A stretch of DNA of 64,000 nucleotides, taken from positions 1,152,001-1,216,000 of the forward strand of contig OZ219815.1 of assembly GCA_964291235.2 (NCBI GenBank). Reading direction: 5' to 3'. The notes under the pieces are model-generated. The model was not told the origin of the DNA, did not search any database, and worked only from the letters and a program-made list of their open reading frames with translations. Numbering within the stretch: position 1 is the first letter of the stretch; each line of letters starts with the position of its first letter. A program made the translations under genes and the position numbers. Shown piece by piece: positions 38,553-48,597 of the stretch. This stretch comes from Vicinamibacteria bacterium. Lineage in GTDB: Bacteria > Acidobacteriota > Vicinamibacteria > Marinacidobacterales > Marinacidobacteraceae.

Positions 38553-39688
38553 CATCGGCCGCTTCCGGCGCCAACGGCTCGGCCGGCGGCCGGCGGGTGC
38601 CCGCGGGCGCCTGGACGCTGCCCGCCCGCTACTACTGCGATCCGGCGGTCTTCGAGCGGGAGGGGGAACGGATCCACCGGGCGCTGTGGAACGCGGCCTG
38701 TCCGGTGGAAGAACTCGCGGGGCCCGGCGACTACCGGCTGATCGAGATCGCCGGGGATTCGGTGATCGTGGTGCGGGATGACGCGGGGGTGGTGCGCGCG
38801 CACCACAACGTGTGCCGCCACCGCGGGACCCGGCTGCTCCAGTCGGAGGAGGGATGCCTGGCCGGCTCGATCCAGTGTCCCTACCACGCCTGGACCTATG
38901 GGCTGGACGGGCGGCTCCGGCGCGCGCCGCACATGGACGAGGTGGAGGGGTTTTCCGTGTCCGACTTCCCGCTCGCCGCCGCCCGGTGCGAGGAATGGGG
39001 CGGCATCGTCTTCGTCCGGGTCGCGGAGGAGGGACCGGACCTCGAGGAGCAGATGGGTCCGGCCGGCGCCCGCATGGGAATCTGGGGCCTGGCCGACCTG
39101 CGGTCCGCTCACACCGTGTGCTACGACGTGAAGGCGAACTGGAAGCTGATCATCCAGAACTTTGCCGAGTGCCTCCATTGTCCGGTGATCCATCCCCAGT
39201 TGGCGCGCCTTTCCCACTACCTGAGCGGGGAGAACTACCCGGCCGACCCGAATGCCATCGGTGCGGCGATGGACCTCGAGGAGGGAATCGAGACGCTGTC
39301 GAGTGACGGGCGCCTCGTGGGCGTCCCCCTGCCCGGACTGCCGGCTGAATTCCGGCGCCGGGTCGGCTACGAGATCCTGTTGCCGAACGCACTGTTCTGC
39401 CTCCACCCGGACTTCGTGATCCGCTATCTGATGCGCCCGCTCGGCGTCGCCCACACCTCCATCCGCTGCGATTGGCTGTTCAGCGAGGAGTCGCTCGGGA
39501 ACGACGGTTTCGACGCTTCCCGGGCGGTCGAGTTCTGGGACGAGACGAACCGCCAGGACTGGCATGTCTCCGAACTCTCCCAGCGGGGCATTGGTTCCAG
39601 CGCGTACCGCCCGGGCCCTTACTCGAATCGCGAGGACCACCTCTGGCAGATCGACCGCCTGATCCTTGAACGCCTCGGCGAGGCATAG
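38549..39688 (+). CDS. Rieske oxygenase alpha subunit (glycine betaine/choline monooxygenase-like)
   Basis: NVCRHRG...CPYHAW Rieske motif; NWKLIIQNFAECLHCPVIHP iron site; FWDETNRQDW. Confidence 0.9.
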   Translation: MTSAASGANGSAGGRRVPAGAWTLPARYYCDPAVFEREGERIHRALWNAACPVEELAGPGDYRLIEIAGDSVIVVRDDAGVVRAHHNVCRHRGTRLLQSEEGCLAGSIQCPYHAWTYGLDGRLRRAPHMDEVEGFSVSDFPLAAARCEEWGGIVFVRVAEEGPDLEEQMGPAGARMGIWGLADLRSAHTVCYDVKANWKLIIQNFAECLHCPVIHPQLARLSHYLSGENYPADPNAIGAAMDLEEGIETLSSDGRLVGVPLPGLPAEFRRRVGYEILLPNALFCLHPDFVIRYLMRPLGVAHTSIRCDWLFSEESLGNDGFDASRAVEFWDETNRQDWHVSELSQRGIGSSAYRPGPYSNREDHLWQIDRLILERLGEA

Positions 39689-39746
39689 GAACCGCCGCAG
39701 CCGTGCGGAGTTCCGCGTAGCTGTGCCCTGCACGGCGCATGGGCTT

Positions 39747-40080
39747 GGAGCGCCGGCCTCTGGCCGGCATCGCCCGCGCAGCGGGCGAAACTCCCCAACC
39801 TGATCCGCCAGGATGGCGCCGCCGCCCGGCGGCATGGCGCATCGCCGCTGGTGCGGCGGTAGAGCGATGCGCCATCCCCGTTTGGGGTGCCGTCATCGGG
39901 GACGATTAAATCTGGGAGTTTCGCTTCGCTGCGCGCAGCGATGCCGGCCGGAGGCCGGCGCTCCTATGCGGCGGTAGAGCGATGCGCCGTCCCTGTTTGG
40001 GGTGCCGTCACCGGGGACGATTGAGTCAGGGAGTTTCGCTTCGCTGCGCGAAGCGATGCCGGCCAGAGGCCGGCGCTCCT
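39747..40080. repeat. REP/REPIN-like element, family A, with a 115-bp tandem duplication of the right arm
   Basis: Same arms as 15972-16191. Units at about 39852-39966 and 39967-40081 are near-identical. Confidence 0.82.
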
Positions 40081-40123
40081 GGCTGGCGCTCCTGGCTATC
40101 GAGGCGAAAGACCGACCTCTCCT

Positions 40124-41227
40124 TTACTGGAAGTCCGTGACGTTCCCCCGCCGCAGCAGGTACTTCGGCGAGACGTACTTCAGCTTCACCCGGTTCCCCG
40201 GCAGCTCGGGACACGCGCGCTCCTTCACGGGGGAAATCACGATCCCTTCCCGGACGTGGCCGCCCCGGAAGGTGGTCTTGCCGTCCCGATGCTGTTCGGC
40301 TGCCTCGATCGAAAACGGCCCCCGGTAGAGGCGGGGCGTCAGGTCAAGGCCCCACTCGCCCTTGACCCGCGCGAGCAGCTCGTCGTAGTCGAGATAGCGG
40401 CCCGTCCGGGGCTCGCCGACGTACACGTCGAAGACGCGGAAGGCGCGCCCCTGCTGGCCGTAGTCGAGGTCCTGGACCTTCTTGCCGAAGGTCTCCCCGA
40501 GGATGAAGATCGGCTCCCCGGCGCGCTCGGAAGCGGCCCGCACCCGGTCCCAGTGCCCCCCTTCCAGCATCGCGCCCCTGAAGCTCATGACATAGAGGTT
40601 GCTCGCGTTGGCGTCGTTCCACTTGAAGGCAAGCCCGGTGTCGCTCATTCCCTTCGAGGAGATGATCGTCGCGCGCTCGAGGAGTTCCGGATGGTCGAGC
40701 CCCGGCCAGTATCCGAAGCAGGTCCAGGTGCCGTGGAGCTTCTCGGTGAACACGACCTCCTCGCCGTCGCGCAGGATGTCCGGGAACTTCTGGATGCTCT
40801 CGATGTCGTAGGACAGCGTCCGCCCGCGGACGTTGCACACCTCGCCCTGCATGTGCACCGGAATCGGCGGCTCGTACTTCACGATGTCGAGCGCCTCCGC
40901 GAGGTTCTCGCCCTCGTCGCGGCCCTCGGCCGGGTAGAGGAGCCCCTGGCTGACGATCCCGCGGAGCCGGATGGCCTTCACCCGGTTGCCCTTCTTGCCC
41001 GCGAGCATCCCCCGACCCTTCGCCGCGTCCCAGAGCCGCATCTCGCGGATGAGCGCTTCCGGGACGATGGCGTCCTCGGGGATGTACGCGACCAGATCGC
41101 CCGCCCGGTGGGCGCCGATCTTCGTGACGCAGCGGTAGCCGCGCACCACCGCGACCTCCAGCGCGTCCGCGCCGGGGTGCTCTTCGATGCGGTCCACCCG
41201 GACCACCGGAACCTCGAACTGCGCCAT
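40124..41227 (-). CDS. ATP-dependent RNA ligase, DRB0094-like (N-terminal OB + Rnl2-type NTase)
   Basis: HPGADALE, YIPED, IRLRGIVSQGL, TEKLHGT (motif I KxxG), GETFG, FRVFD, REGIV, KLKYVS. Confidence 0.9.
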   Translation of the reverse strand: MAQFEVPVVRVDRIEEHPGADALEVAVVRGYRCVTKIGAHRAGDLVAYIPEDAIVPEALIREMRLWDAAKGRGMLAGKKGNRVKAIRLRGIVSQGLLYPAEGRDEGENLAEALDIVKYEPPIPVHMQGEVCNVRGRTLSYDIESIQKFPDILRDGEEVVFTEKLHGTWTCFGYWPGLDHPELLERATIISSKGMSDTGLAFKWNDANASNLYVMSFRGAMLEGGHWDRVRAASERAGEPIFILGETFGKKVQDLDYGQQGRAFRVFDVYVGEPRTGRYLDYDELLARVKGEWGLDLTPRLYRGPFSIEAAEQHRDGKTTFRGGHVREGIVISPVKERACPELPGNRVKLKYVSPKYLLRRGNVTDFQ

Positions 41228-41338
41228 GCCCTGTACCTCGTTGATCGCTGAAAGGGCCGGGACCCTAGCGCGTGGTTGACGCCGGCGCTCGGGCAACGCG
41301 CCAGCCTGCTGCACCCGCCGCGGTACGCTCGGGCGGCG

Positions 41339-42097
41339 ATGCCCTCCGGCCCCCGCCTCTACGCCGATCTCGCCCACCTCTGGCCGCTGATGAGCCCGCC
41401 CGAGGACTACGCGGACGAGGGCGCCTGCCTGCGGAGCGAACTCGCGAAGCGCCTCGGCCCCGGCCGGGGCCGTCTCCTGGAGTTCGGGACCGGCGGCGGG
41501 CACCTCCTGCACCACCTCACCGGTGCGTTCGAGGCGACCGCGGTGGACCTTTCCGAACCGATGCTGGCACACTCGCGCCGCCTGAATCCCGGCGTCACCC
41601 ACCACGTCGGCGACATGCGGACGGCGCGCCTCGGCGAGACGTTTGATGCCGTCCTGATCCACGACGCCATCGACTACCTGCTGACGGAGGATGACCTCCG
41701 CAGCGCCTTTGCCACCGCGCGGGCGCACCTGCGCCCCGGCGGCCTGTTCCTCGCCATTCCGGACGACTACCTGGAGACGTTCGCGCCGCCCCGAATCGCC
41801 CACGAGACGCGGCGGCGGGACGGCGCCGAGCTCACCTACGTGGAGTACTCAACGGACCCGGACCCGGGCGATACGGAAATCGAGACGGTCTACGTCTACT
41901 TCTTTCGGGAGGACGGCCAGTTACGGGTCGAGGTGGACCGCCACACCACGGGCCTCTTCCCGATTGGCACCTGGGAACGGCTGCTATCGGAGGCCGGCTT
42001 CGAGCCGGAGCGCCTCGACTACCCCTTCAGCGAGCACGGCGCCGCGACCTACCTGTGGGTTTGCACGGCGCTCGGCCACTCCGTGGGCCCGGCCTGA
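41339..42097 (+). CDS. Class I SAM-dependent methyltransferase
   Basis: LLEFGTGGG, AVDLSEPML, GDMR, FDAVLIHDAIDY, HLRPGG. Confidence 0.9.
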   Translation: MPSGPRLYADLAHLWPLMSPPEDYADEGACLRSELAKRLGPGRGRLLEFGTGGGHLLHHLTGAFEATAVDLSEPMLAHSRRLNPGVTHHVGDMRTARLGETFDAVLIHDAIDYLLTEDDLRSAFATARAHLRPGGLFLAIPDDYLETFAPPRIAHETRRRDGAELTYVEYSTDPDPGDTEIETVYVYFFREDGQLRVEVDRHTTGLFPIGTWERLLSEAGFEPERLDYPFSEHGAATYLWVCTALGHSVGPA

Positions 42098-42102
42098 CAT
42101 CC

Positions 42103-42831
42103 ATGACCGAGTTTTCTGCCCGCGCCTCGCGAACCGGACCCGCGCTGCTTGTGACGGCTCTCATCGCCATGGCGCTGGCCGCCTGCGCGGCGACGGGTGG
42201 CCCAAGGCTGCCGCCATCGGGGAGCCAGGGATGGGTTTCGCTGCCGCTTTCGGCAGGCGGCCAACTCAATCTGCTCGTGGTGCGGCCGCCGGGGCCCGCC
42301 CGCGGAGTGGTGGTGGCCTTCCCGTGGGGTGCGGGCGATCGAAGCCTCCTCGCGGGGCTGGTCGAAACCTATTGGGACGACGCGGCGCCCGCGGCCGGAT
42401 ATGCGGTGGTCGGCGTCGAGATCTACGGTCCCGGACTCGCGGAGAGCGCCCCGGTCGTGGCGCCGGCGCTGCTGGAGTGGATCGAGCAGAACCTGCCGGA
42501 GGCGGCCGGCGAAATCATCCTCACCGGGGCCTCCGCGGGAGGTATCGGGGTCTTTCACGCCGCGCTCGCGATGCCGGACCGGGTGGCCGCGATCCTCGCG
42601 ATGCCCGGGCGCTATTCCGGGGAAGCCCCGCTGGAGTCGCTGGCCGGCGTGCCGGTCCTGCTCATGGTCGGGGCACACGACCTGCGTTGGGTGACCGGGT
42701 CGGAGACCACGGCCGAGCGCCTCCGCGCGGCCGGCGCGCAGGTAGAGCTGGATGTGGTTCCGGGCCAGGGGCACGTGCTCCGCGTGCCCCAGCGGGAGCT
42801 CATCCGGTGGATCGAGGAGCAGCGGGAATGA
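42103..42831 (+). CDS. Alpha/beta-hydrolase lipoprotein
   Basis: LAAC lipobox, GASAGG nucleophile elbow, VGAHD, PGQGH. Confidence 0.8.
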   Translation: MTEFSARASRTGPALLVTALIAMALAACAATGGPRLPPSGSQGWVSLPLSAGGQLNLLVVRPPGPARGVVVAFPWGAGDRSLLAGLVETYWDDAAPAAGYAVVGVEIYGPGLAESAPVVAPALLEWIEQNLPEAAGEIILTGASAGGIGVFHAALAMPDRVAAILAMPGRYSGEAPLESLAGVPVLLMVGAHDLRWVTGSETTAERLRAAGAQVELDVVPGQGHVLRVPQRELIRWIEEQRE

Positions 42832-42862
42832 CCCGCCCCGGAGAACTCCCGGGCGACGCGCC

Positions 42863-45800
42863 TCAGCGCGAACCGGACTCCTTCCCTTCCACCCGCAGGA
42901 TTCCCGGCATCCCGGCGGCGTCGAGCGCGCCGTTCACGCTGGTCAGGTCGGACTCCACGATCTCGGCGAACTCCGCGGCGCGGGCCTCCACCCGCTCGTG
43001 CAGCCGGTCATAGACCTCCCGCATCTGGTCGGTCGGTCGGAAGTCGCTCGTCGCGACCACGCCGGCGAGGTAGACGATCCTCCCGGCAAGCTGCGTCGGC
43101 CAGCGGATCTGGTCCTGGCCGGTTCCGGTGAGCAGCAACTGGATCAGGTGCTCCTCCACCGCGAGTAGCGAGCCGTCGAGTCCGTCCACGGCCGAGGCGA
43201 TGGATTCGACCCGCCCGGTCTCTTCGGCCACCGCCTTCAGGTCGAGTACCTGGCGGCGGAGCCACTCGATCTCGTTCACCATCCCCACCACGGTTTCGAG
43301 GTCGGCCCGCAGCAGACGCAGCAGCGCGGTCTGGGCGTCGATGTCCTCGAGCGTGCCCTCGCTCTTCGGGTCCTTCCGCACCTCGATGGGCGCGGTCTGC
43401 TCGGTATCGCCGACCCGCAGCGCCACGGTGTAATCGCCGGGCGGAGCGAGGATCGAGATCCGCCCGAACTGCGCGTCGCGGGTCCGCTCCTCGTCGAGGT
43501 CCACCCAGTCGGCGAAGAGGGGCTTCGTGCGCAGCACCGCGGCCGTCGAGGCCTCTTCGCGGAGATCCCAGTAGATGCGGTTCAGGCCCTTCTCGCCCGT
43601 CCCCTCCAGGGTGCGGACGGTGTCTCCGGCCCCGTTCCGGATCTCGATGGAGACATCGGCGCCCGCTTCGTCCAGCCAGAAGTTGATCGGGGCGCCGTAG
43701 GGTGGGTTCTCGCCCTCGGACCAGTCGTCGAAGTGGGCGAACGGCGGGGTGATGGGATGGAAGCGATAGGCCCCCCGGGGCTGGAACAGGTGGACGCTCG
43801 CGTTTGCCACCTCGTCGTTCCACTGCTGGAGCGGCGAGATGTCGTCCATGATCCAGAAGCCGCGCCCGTAGGTGCCCACCACCAGGTCGCCGAAGTGTTC
43901 CTGGACGACGATCCAGTACATCGGGCTCGGCGGCAATCCGTTCGCGAGCCGCTGCCAGTTGTCTCCGTCGTTGAAGCTCACGTAGAGGAAGTTCTCGGTG
44001 CCGAGGTAGAGGAGTCCGGGCTGCACCGGGTCTTCCCGCACGTTCCGGGTGTAGCTCAGCGGGCTGTCCGCCACGCCGCTCACGATCTTCGTCCACGACT
44101 CTCCGAAGTCCTCGGTCCGGTACACGTAGGGCTCGAAGTTCCCCACCTGGTGCGCCTCGACGGTCATGTAGGCCTTCCCGGCGTCCCACTTGGAGGCGTC
44201 GATGTTGCGGACCACCCCGTCCACCGGCATGTCGGGGACGTTCGCGGTCACATCGGTCCAGTTCGCGCCGCCGTCCCGGGTCAGGTGGATCATTCCGTCG
44301 TTGGTCCCCGCCCAGATCACGCCTTCGGTGACCGGGCTCTCGTCGATCGCGTAGATCACGCAGCAGTACTCCACCCCGATGTTGTCCGGGGTGAGTCCGC
44401 CGGAGATGGTCTGGCGGGACTTGTTGTTGGTGGTGAGGTCGGGACTGATCTCTTCCCAGCTCTGACCCCCGTTGGTGGTCCGGTGCACGTGCTGGCTGCC
44501 CACGTAGACCGTGTTCCGGTCGTGCGGTGAGAGCAGCAACGGGAAGACCCACTGGAAGCGGTATCGCAGGTCCTCGGCCGGCCAGCCGCGGGTGGCCTCC
44601 GGCCAGACTTCGAGCTGGCGGAACTGCCGGGCGCGCTCGTCGTAGCGAGTCACGATCCCGCCGGCGGCGCCGGCGCCCGAAGCCGTTGACCAGACGATGT
44701 TCGGATCCTCCGGATCGGGGGTCGCGAAGCCGCTCTCGCCCCCGCCGACCCCGTGCCACATTCCCCGTGAGACCCCGCCGCCGATGAATCCGCTGACCCA
44801 CGCCCGGCTGGGACCCCGGGTGGAGGGGCCGTCCTGCCGGTTCCCGAGCACGTTGTAGGGAATGTCGTTGTCCACGGTCACGTGGTACATCTGGGCGATC
44901 GGCAACTGGATCTTGTACCAGGACTTTCCGCGGTTCCGCGAGATGGAGACGCCGCCGTCGTGCGCCACCGCCATCCGGTCGGCGTCGCCGGGATCGATCC
45001 ACATGTCGTGGTGGTCCCAGCCCGGCGCGTTGTCGAAGCGGCGCACCTCGTGGGACTTGCCCGCGTCCAGTGTCACGGCGTAGGACGCGGTGAGGAAGTA
45101 GGCCTCGTCCGGGTCGTCCGGCGCTACGGCGCAGCGGGCGTAGTAGGCGTTTCGCCCCGCGAGATTGCGGTTGTGGCTCTGGAGCGTCCAAGTCTTGGCG
45201 CCGTCGCTCGTCATCCACAGCTCGCCGCTTTCCGCTTCTTCGCCGGCGTAGGAGACGCCGTCCGCGGTTTCGATCAACGCGTACACCCGGCGGGAGTCCG
45301 CCTGGCTCATGCAGAGCGCGACCTTTCCCACGTCCAGTTTCGGCAGGCCGTTACCTTCAAGCTTCGTCCAGGTGTCGCCGCCGTCCCGCGTCAGGTGGAG
45401 GCCGCTGCCGGGTCCGCCGCTCACCCGCGTCCAGGTCTTCAGCTCGAGGTGCCACATCCCGGCGTAGAGGATCCGGGGGTTGTTCGGGTCCATGATCAGG
45501 TCCGAGGCCCCGGTGTTCTCGTCCACGAACAGGACGTGTTCCCAGGTTTCGCCCCCGTCCATGGTCCGGTAGATGCCGCGCTCCGGCTGCGGGGTGTAGG
45601 CGTGTCCGAGCGACGCCGCGTAGACGATGTCCGGGTTCGTCGGATGGATGATGATCCGGCTGATCCGTGCGGTCGCGTCGAGGCCCATGTGATCCCAGGA
45701 CTCGCCGGCGTCGGTGGACTTGAAGACCCCGGTGCCGATGGAGACGTTCGCCCGGATGAAGGTCTCGCCGGTGCCCGCCCAGACGATGTTCGGGTCGGAC

Positions 45801-46093
45801 TCGGAGACCGCCAGCGCCCCGATGGCGTGGACGTCCTGATCGTCGAACACCGGGCGCCACTTGATGCCCCCGTCCTCGGTCTTCCAGATGCCGCCGGTGG
45901 CCGCCCCGGCGTAGTAGATGTCGAGGTTGCCCGGGATGCCGGCGACCGCGAGGGTGCGGTTGCCCACCGGCCCGATGTGCCGGAACCGGAGCCCGCCGAG
46001 CTCGTCGGGCGCCGGCTGGGCCAGGGCCGCCGCGGGAAGCCCGAGGGCGAAAAACAGGACGAGAGCAGCCTGAAACTGCATCGGGTTGTGCAT
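42863..46093 (-). CDS. VPS10/sortilin-like BNR-repeat glycosyl hydrolase, copy 1
   Basis: Start MHNPMQF at 46093. RHIGPVGNR, repeated S/TxDxGxTW Asp-boxes, DHHDMWIDP, GTYGRGFWI. Confidence 0.88.
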   Translation of the reverse strand: MHNPMQFQAALVLFFALGLPAAALAQPAPDELGGLRFRHIGPVGNRTLAVAGIPGNLDIYYAGAATGGIWKTEDGGIKWRPVFDDQDVHAIGALAVSESDPNIVWAGTGETFIRANVSIGTGVFKSTDAGESWDHMGLDATARISRIIIHPTNPDIVYAASLGHAYTPQPERGIYRTMDGGETWEHVLFVDENTGASDLIMDPNNPRILYAGMWHLELKTWTRVSGGPGSGLHLTRDGGDTWTKLEGNGLPKLDVGKVALCMSQADSRRVYALIETADGVSYAGEEAESGELWMTSDGAKTWTLQSHNRNLAGRNAYYARCAVAPDDPDEAYFLTASYAVTLDAGKSHEVRRFDNAPGWDHHDMWIDPGDADRMAVAHDGGVSISRNRGKSWYKIQLPIAQMYHVTVDNDIPYNVLGNRQDGPSTRGPSRAWVSGFIGGGVSRGMWHGVGGGESGFATPDPEDPNIVWSTASGAGAAGGIVTRYDERARQFRQLEVWPEATRGWPAEDLRYRFQWVFPLLLSPHDRNTVYVGSQHVHRTTNGGQSWEEISPDLTTNNKSRQTISGGLTPDNIGVEYCCVIYAIDESPVTEGVIWAGTNDGMIHLTRDGGANWTDVTANVPDMPVDGVVRNIDASKWDAGKAYMTVEAHQVGNFEPYVYRTEDFGESWTKIVSGVADSPLSYTRNVREDPVQPGLLYLGTENFLYVSFNDGDNWQRLANGLPPSPMYWIVVQEHFGDLVVGTYGRGFWIMDDISPLQQWNDEVANASVHLFQPRGAYRFHPITPPFAHFDDWSEGENPPYGAPINFWLDEAGADVSIEIRNGAGDTVRTLEGTGEKGLNRIYWDLREEASTAAVLRTKPLFADWVDLDEERTRDAQFGRISILAPPGDYTVALRVGDTEQTAPIEVRKDPKSEGTLEDIDAQTALLRLLRADLETVVGMVNEIEWLRRQVLDLKAVAEETGRVESIASAVDGLDGSLLAVEEHLIQLLLTGTGQDQIRWPTQLAGRIVYLAGVVATSDFRPTDQMREVYDRLHERVEARAAEFAEIVESDLTSVNGALDAAGMPGILRVEGKESGSR

Positions 46094-46520
46094 GGGGTGG
46101 TCCTCCGTGCCGGACGGGTTTCGGTGGCTACGTGGTGGTGCCCGCTCCAGGCGCCGCGCGTTCGGCCATCGGAAACAAAGGTAACCGGGAATGCCCGCGG
46201 CGGTCATGCCAAAGGCCGTCGCGGGGATCGGCCACAGCCGTCCACGCGGGGTTGCACGTGCACCGGAGGGGGACTGGTGGTCCCGCGGTCGTACAGAGCG
46301 GCCCTGGTCGGTGCTCCCCGTTTTCGAGGTGCCTAACTCCATGACGAAGGCTTCCCGACCACACCGCGAACGTCGGATGCGGAACGGGCGAGATGGCGGG
46401 TTACCTGCCGTATCACGCGGCTACCGTCGCGTTGCCGCTGCGGAAACGACTAAGCGTCATCCGCGACGTGTCAACACCTGCCGCCGAAAGCGTCATGGGA
46501 GGCACTGGCCACTCTAATCT

Positions 46521-48473
46521 CTAGGATTCGTCATCTGGCATCAGGAATCGATAGAAGACCTGTCTTAGGACTTGTCGTAGTTTTCCGTACACGTCGAGAA
46601 TCTGGAATCGACTATAGAGACCCAAGACATACAACCCTGCCGGTACAGCGGCACAGATCCACCAAATGACATTTCCCATCTTGCTGGCTCTTGTGGCTTG
46701 GGACCATTCTGTGGGCAGTGTCCAAATCGCCATAGCGACGAGCAGCAGCGACACCACACCGTAGACAATAGCGGCCACGATAGCGGCCCATTTCTCTGCC
46801 CTCGCGTCGGCCAACTCTCTCATCGCGGCGATTTGTCCACGCACTGCATCAGCGACCTTCTCGGTCGTCTCGCGTCGACGCCGTTCTTGCTGAACTTCCT
46901 GCCGGAGACCGGCCTTCGCCTGTTCTTGCGATCTTTCCACAATCTCTCGGACCGTTGATGCCTCGACGTCGTCGTCTGGATCCAGTTCTCCCAACCGAGC
47001 GTGCGCAAACTGATGTGCTACAACGGCAACGCTCTCGTCGTCACTCAGTTCGCCGGACTCGACAAATTCGCCGAGTCGCCTTATGAACCGAGACCATATC
47101 TCCGGAGACGGACGGAGTACTGCCGCACAAACGGATACCAACTGATGGATCGGCATTGAGGATTCGAATTGTGGTTGCAGCAACCAAGCCGCATTCGTCA
47201 CCGATCGCACGTGTACTGCTGGCTCCAATCCGCTCTTATAGGTCTCCCTGTACCACTTCGAGATCGTAGTCACGGTCCTTGCACTTCCACTCGCGAATAC
47301 ATACTTGGCGTCAGTCACTTGATGCGGTCGTCGTCCTGCCCGTAACGTCATTACAGCTGCAGTTGCTCTCACATCGTGCCATACCCCGTGTTCATCGGTA
47401 GCGCGCCCGATCGTCGCGTCCTTAAGCTGGTTGGCTAGATCCTGCTCAGCCTCGGTATACTCGTTCTTGTAACCGGGAAAATCCTTAACGTTAACGTTCA
47501 ACGCAGCGAGCTTCTTTTCCACCAAGGCGATTTCTTGCTGGATGTCTGCTGGCGATGTGGCGGTTTGTAGAAAATGGTGTGTGAGTGGTGTCGACCATAG
47601 AGTCTTGCGTCCCGCGCTAGTCCCAAGCCTCTGTTCATAGACGCGGAGAACACCCTTCATTTCGTCGAGAGTGCGTTCGAAGGCGTAGAGTCGTGCACCG
47701 GCGCGGCGGATTAGGTTCAGTGCGTCGCGAGTGGATCGTTCCTCTGTTCTCCCGGCGTGTCCTAATGCGTGCAGCAGGACGCCAGTATCGAGGTATAGGG
47801 TTAGGTGTTTCAGTTCTCGGCCAATGTTCGGGATGTCACGGAGAAGCAGCGCGTTTTGGACGATGAAACCCTTGACTATGCGGTCGAGTACAGTCGATGC
47901 CGAGCCGCCCTCGGCAACAATACGCGCGATGAAGGCCGCAATCACCTTATCGATTCGGGAGTATCGACGCACCCCTCGAGCTTCTATAGTCTGGCCGAGC
48001 ACTACGCTGAGGTGATGTTTGTCGAGGAAATCGACCAGGGCAGCAAGGGCATCGTCCTGAGAACCAAGGTCTTCATTCCTTTCGGAAGCGTACTGGCCAA
48101 GACGTGCCGCCAGCTCCTTATGCTCCGAATCGAACTGGCCTAGTATCGGTTGCAGATCGGGGAGTGCACTGCACTTGGCCGTGCGAAAGAACCGTCCGCC
48201 CTTGCGCTGCACGAGCCTCTTGCGCGCTGCCCGGCGGAGCAGGGTCTTCAAGGTCTCAGAAGGGATTCGTATTCCAGTCGATTTACGAACGGCATGTTCA
48301 ACGTCGGTGAGTTGGACTTCATCCTGATCCAGGCTTCGAAGTGAATCCTCCACAAACGGCTGCAGGCTATCTAGCTGGTCGCGGCGAGCGTCAAACTGAG
48401 CCTTCAAGAAGGCAACGGTGGCAAGTCCGCGACGAGCATCCGTCCCTGTGGTTTGCGAATTGGTATTAGTCAC
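46521..48473 (-). CDS. Foreign 650-aa protein: wHTH-like N-terminus, PIN-like core, coiled coil, two C-terminal TM helices
   Basis: LYLDTGVLLHALG, TLDEM, VWHDVRA acidic pattern; two hydrophobic C-terminal segments; GC visibly lower than the flanks. Confidence 0.7.
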   Translation of the reverse strand: MTNTNSQTTGTDARRGLATVAFLKAQFDARRDQLDSLQPFVEDSLRSLDQDEVQLTDVEHAVRKSTGIRIPSETLKTLLRRAARKRLVQRKGGRFFRTAKCSALPDLQPILGQFDSEHKELAARLGQYASERNEDLGSQDDALAALVDFLDKHHLSVVLGQTIEARGVRRYSRIDKVIAAFIARIVAEGGSASTVLDRIVKGFIVQNALLLRDIPNIGRELKHLTLYLDTGVLLHALGHAGRTEERSTRDALNLIRRAGARLYAFERTLDEMKGVLRVYEQRLGTSAGRKTLWSTPLTHHFLQTATSPADIQQEIALVEKKLAALNVNVKDFPGYKNEYTEAEQDLANQLKDATIGRATDEHGVWHDVRATAAVMTLRAGRRPHQVTDAKYVFASGSARTVTTISKWYRETYKSGLEPAVHVRSVTNAAWLLQPQFESSMPIHQLVSVCAAVLRPSPEIWSRFIRRLGEFVESGELSDDESVAVVAHQFAHARLGELDPDDDVEASTVREIVERSQEQAKAGLRQEVQQERRRRETTEKVADAVRGQIAAMRELADARAEKWAAIVAAIVYGVVSLLLVAMAIWTLPTEWSQATRASKMGNVIWWICAAVPAGLYVLGLYSRFQILDVYGKLRQVLRQVFYRFLMPDDES

Positions 48474-48597
48474 GGCTAGGTCGTGCTACGTGTCAGCGCC
48501 CGTGGTGCGGGCGGGTTGGCTACTCTGACAAATGGGAATCTGATGCCCGTCTGAAGAGCGGCGGTCCCGTGCGGGTGCCGCCGGCAGGAAGCTTCCA

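Noticed and set aside
39747-40095. Possible CRISPR array or structured ncRNA
   Set aside because: Only inverted arms and one 115-bp duplication; no unique spacers and no cas genes. REPIN explains it better.
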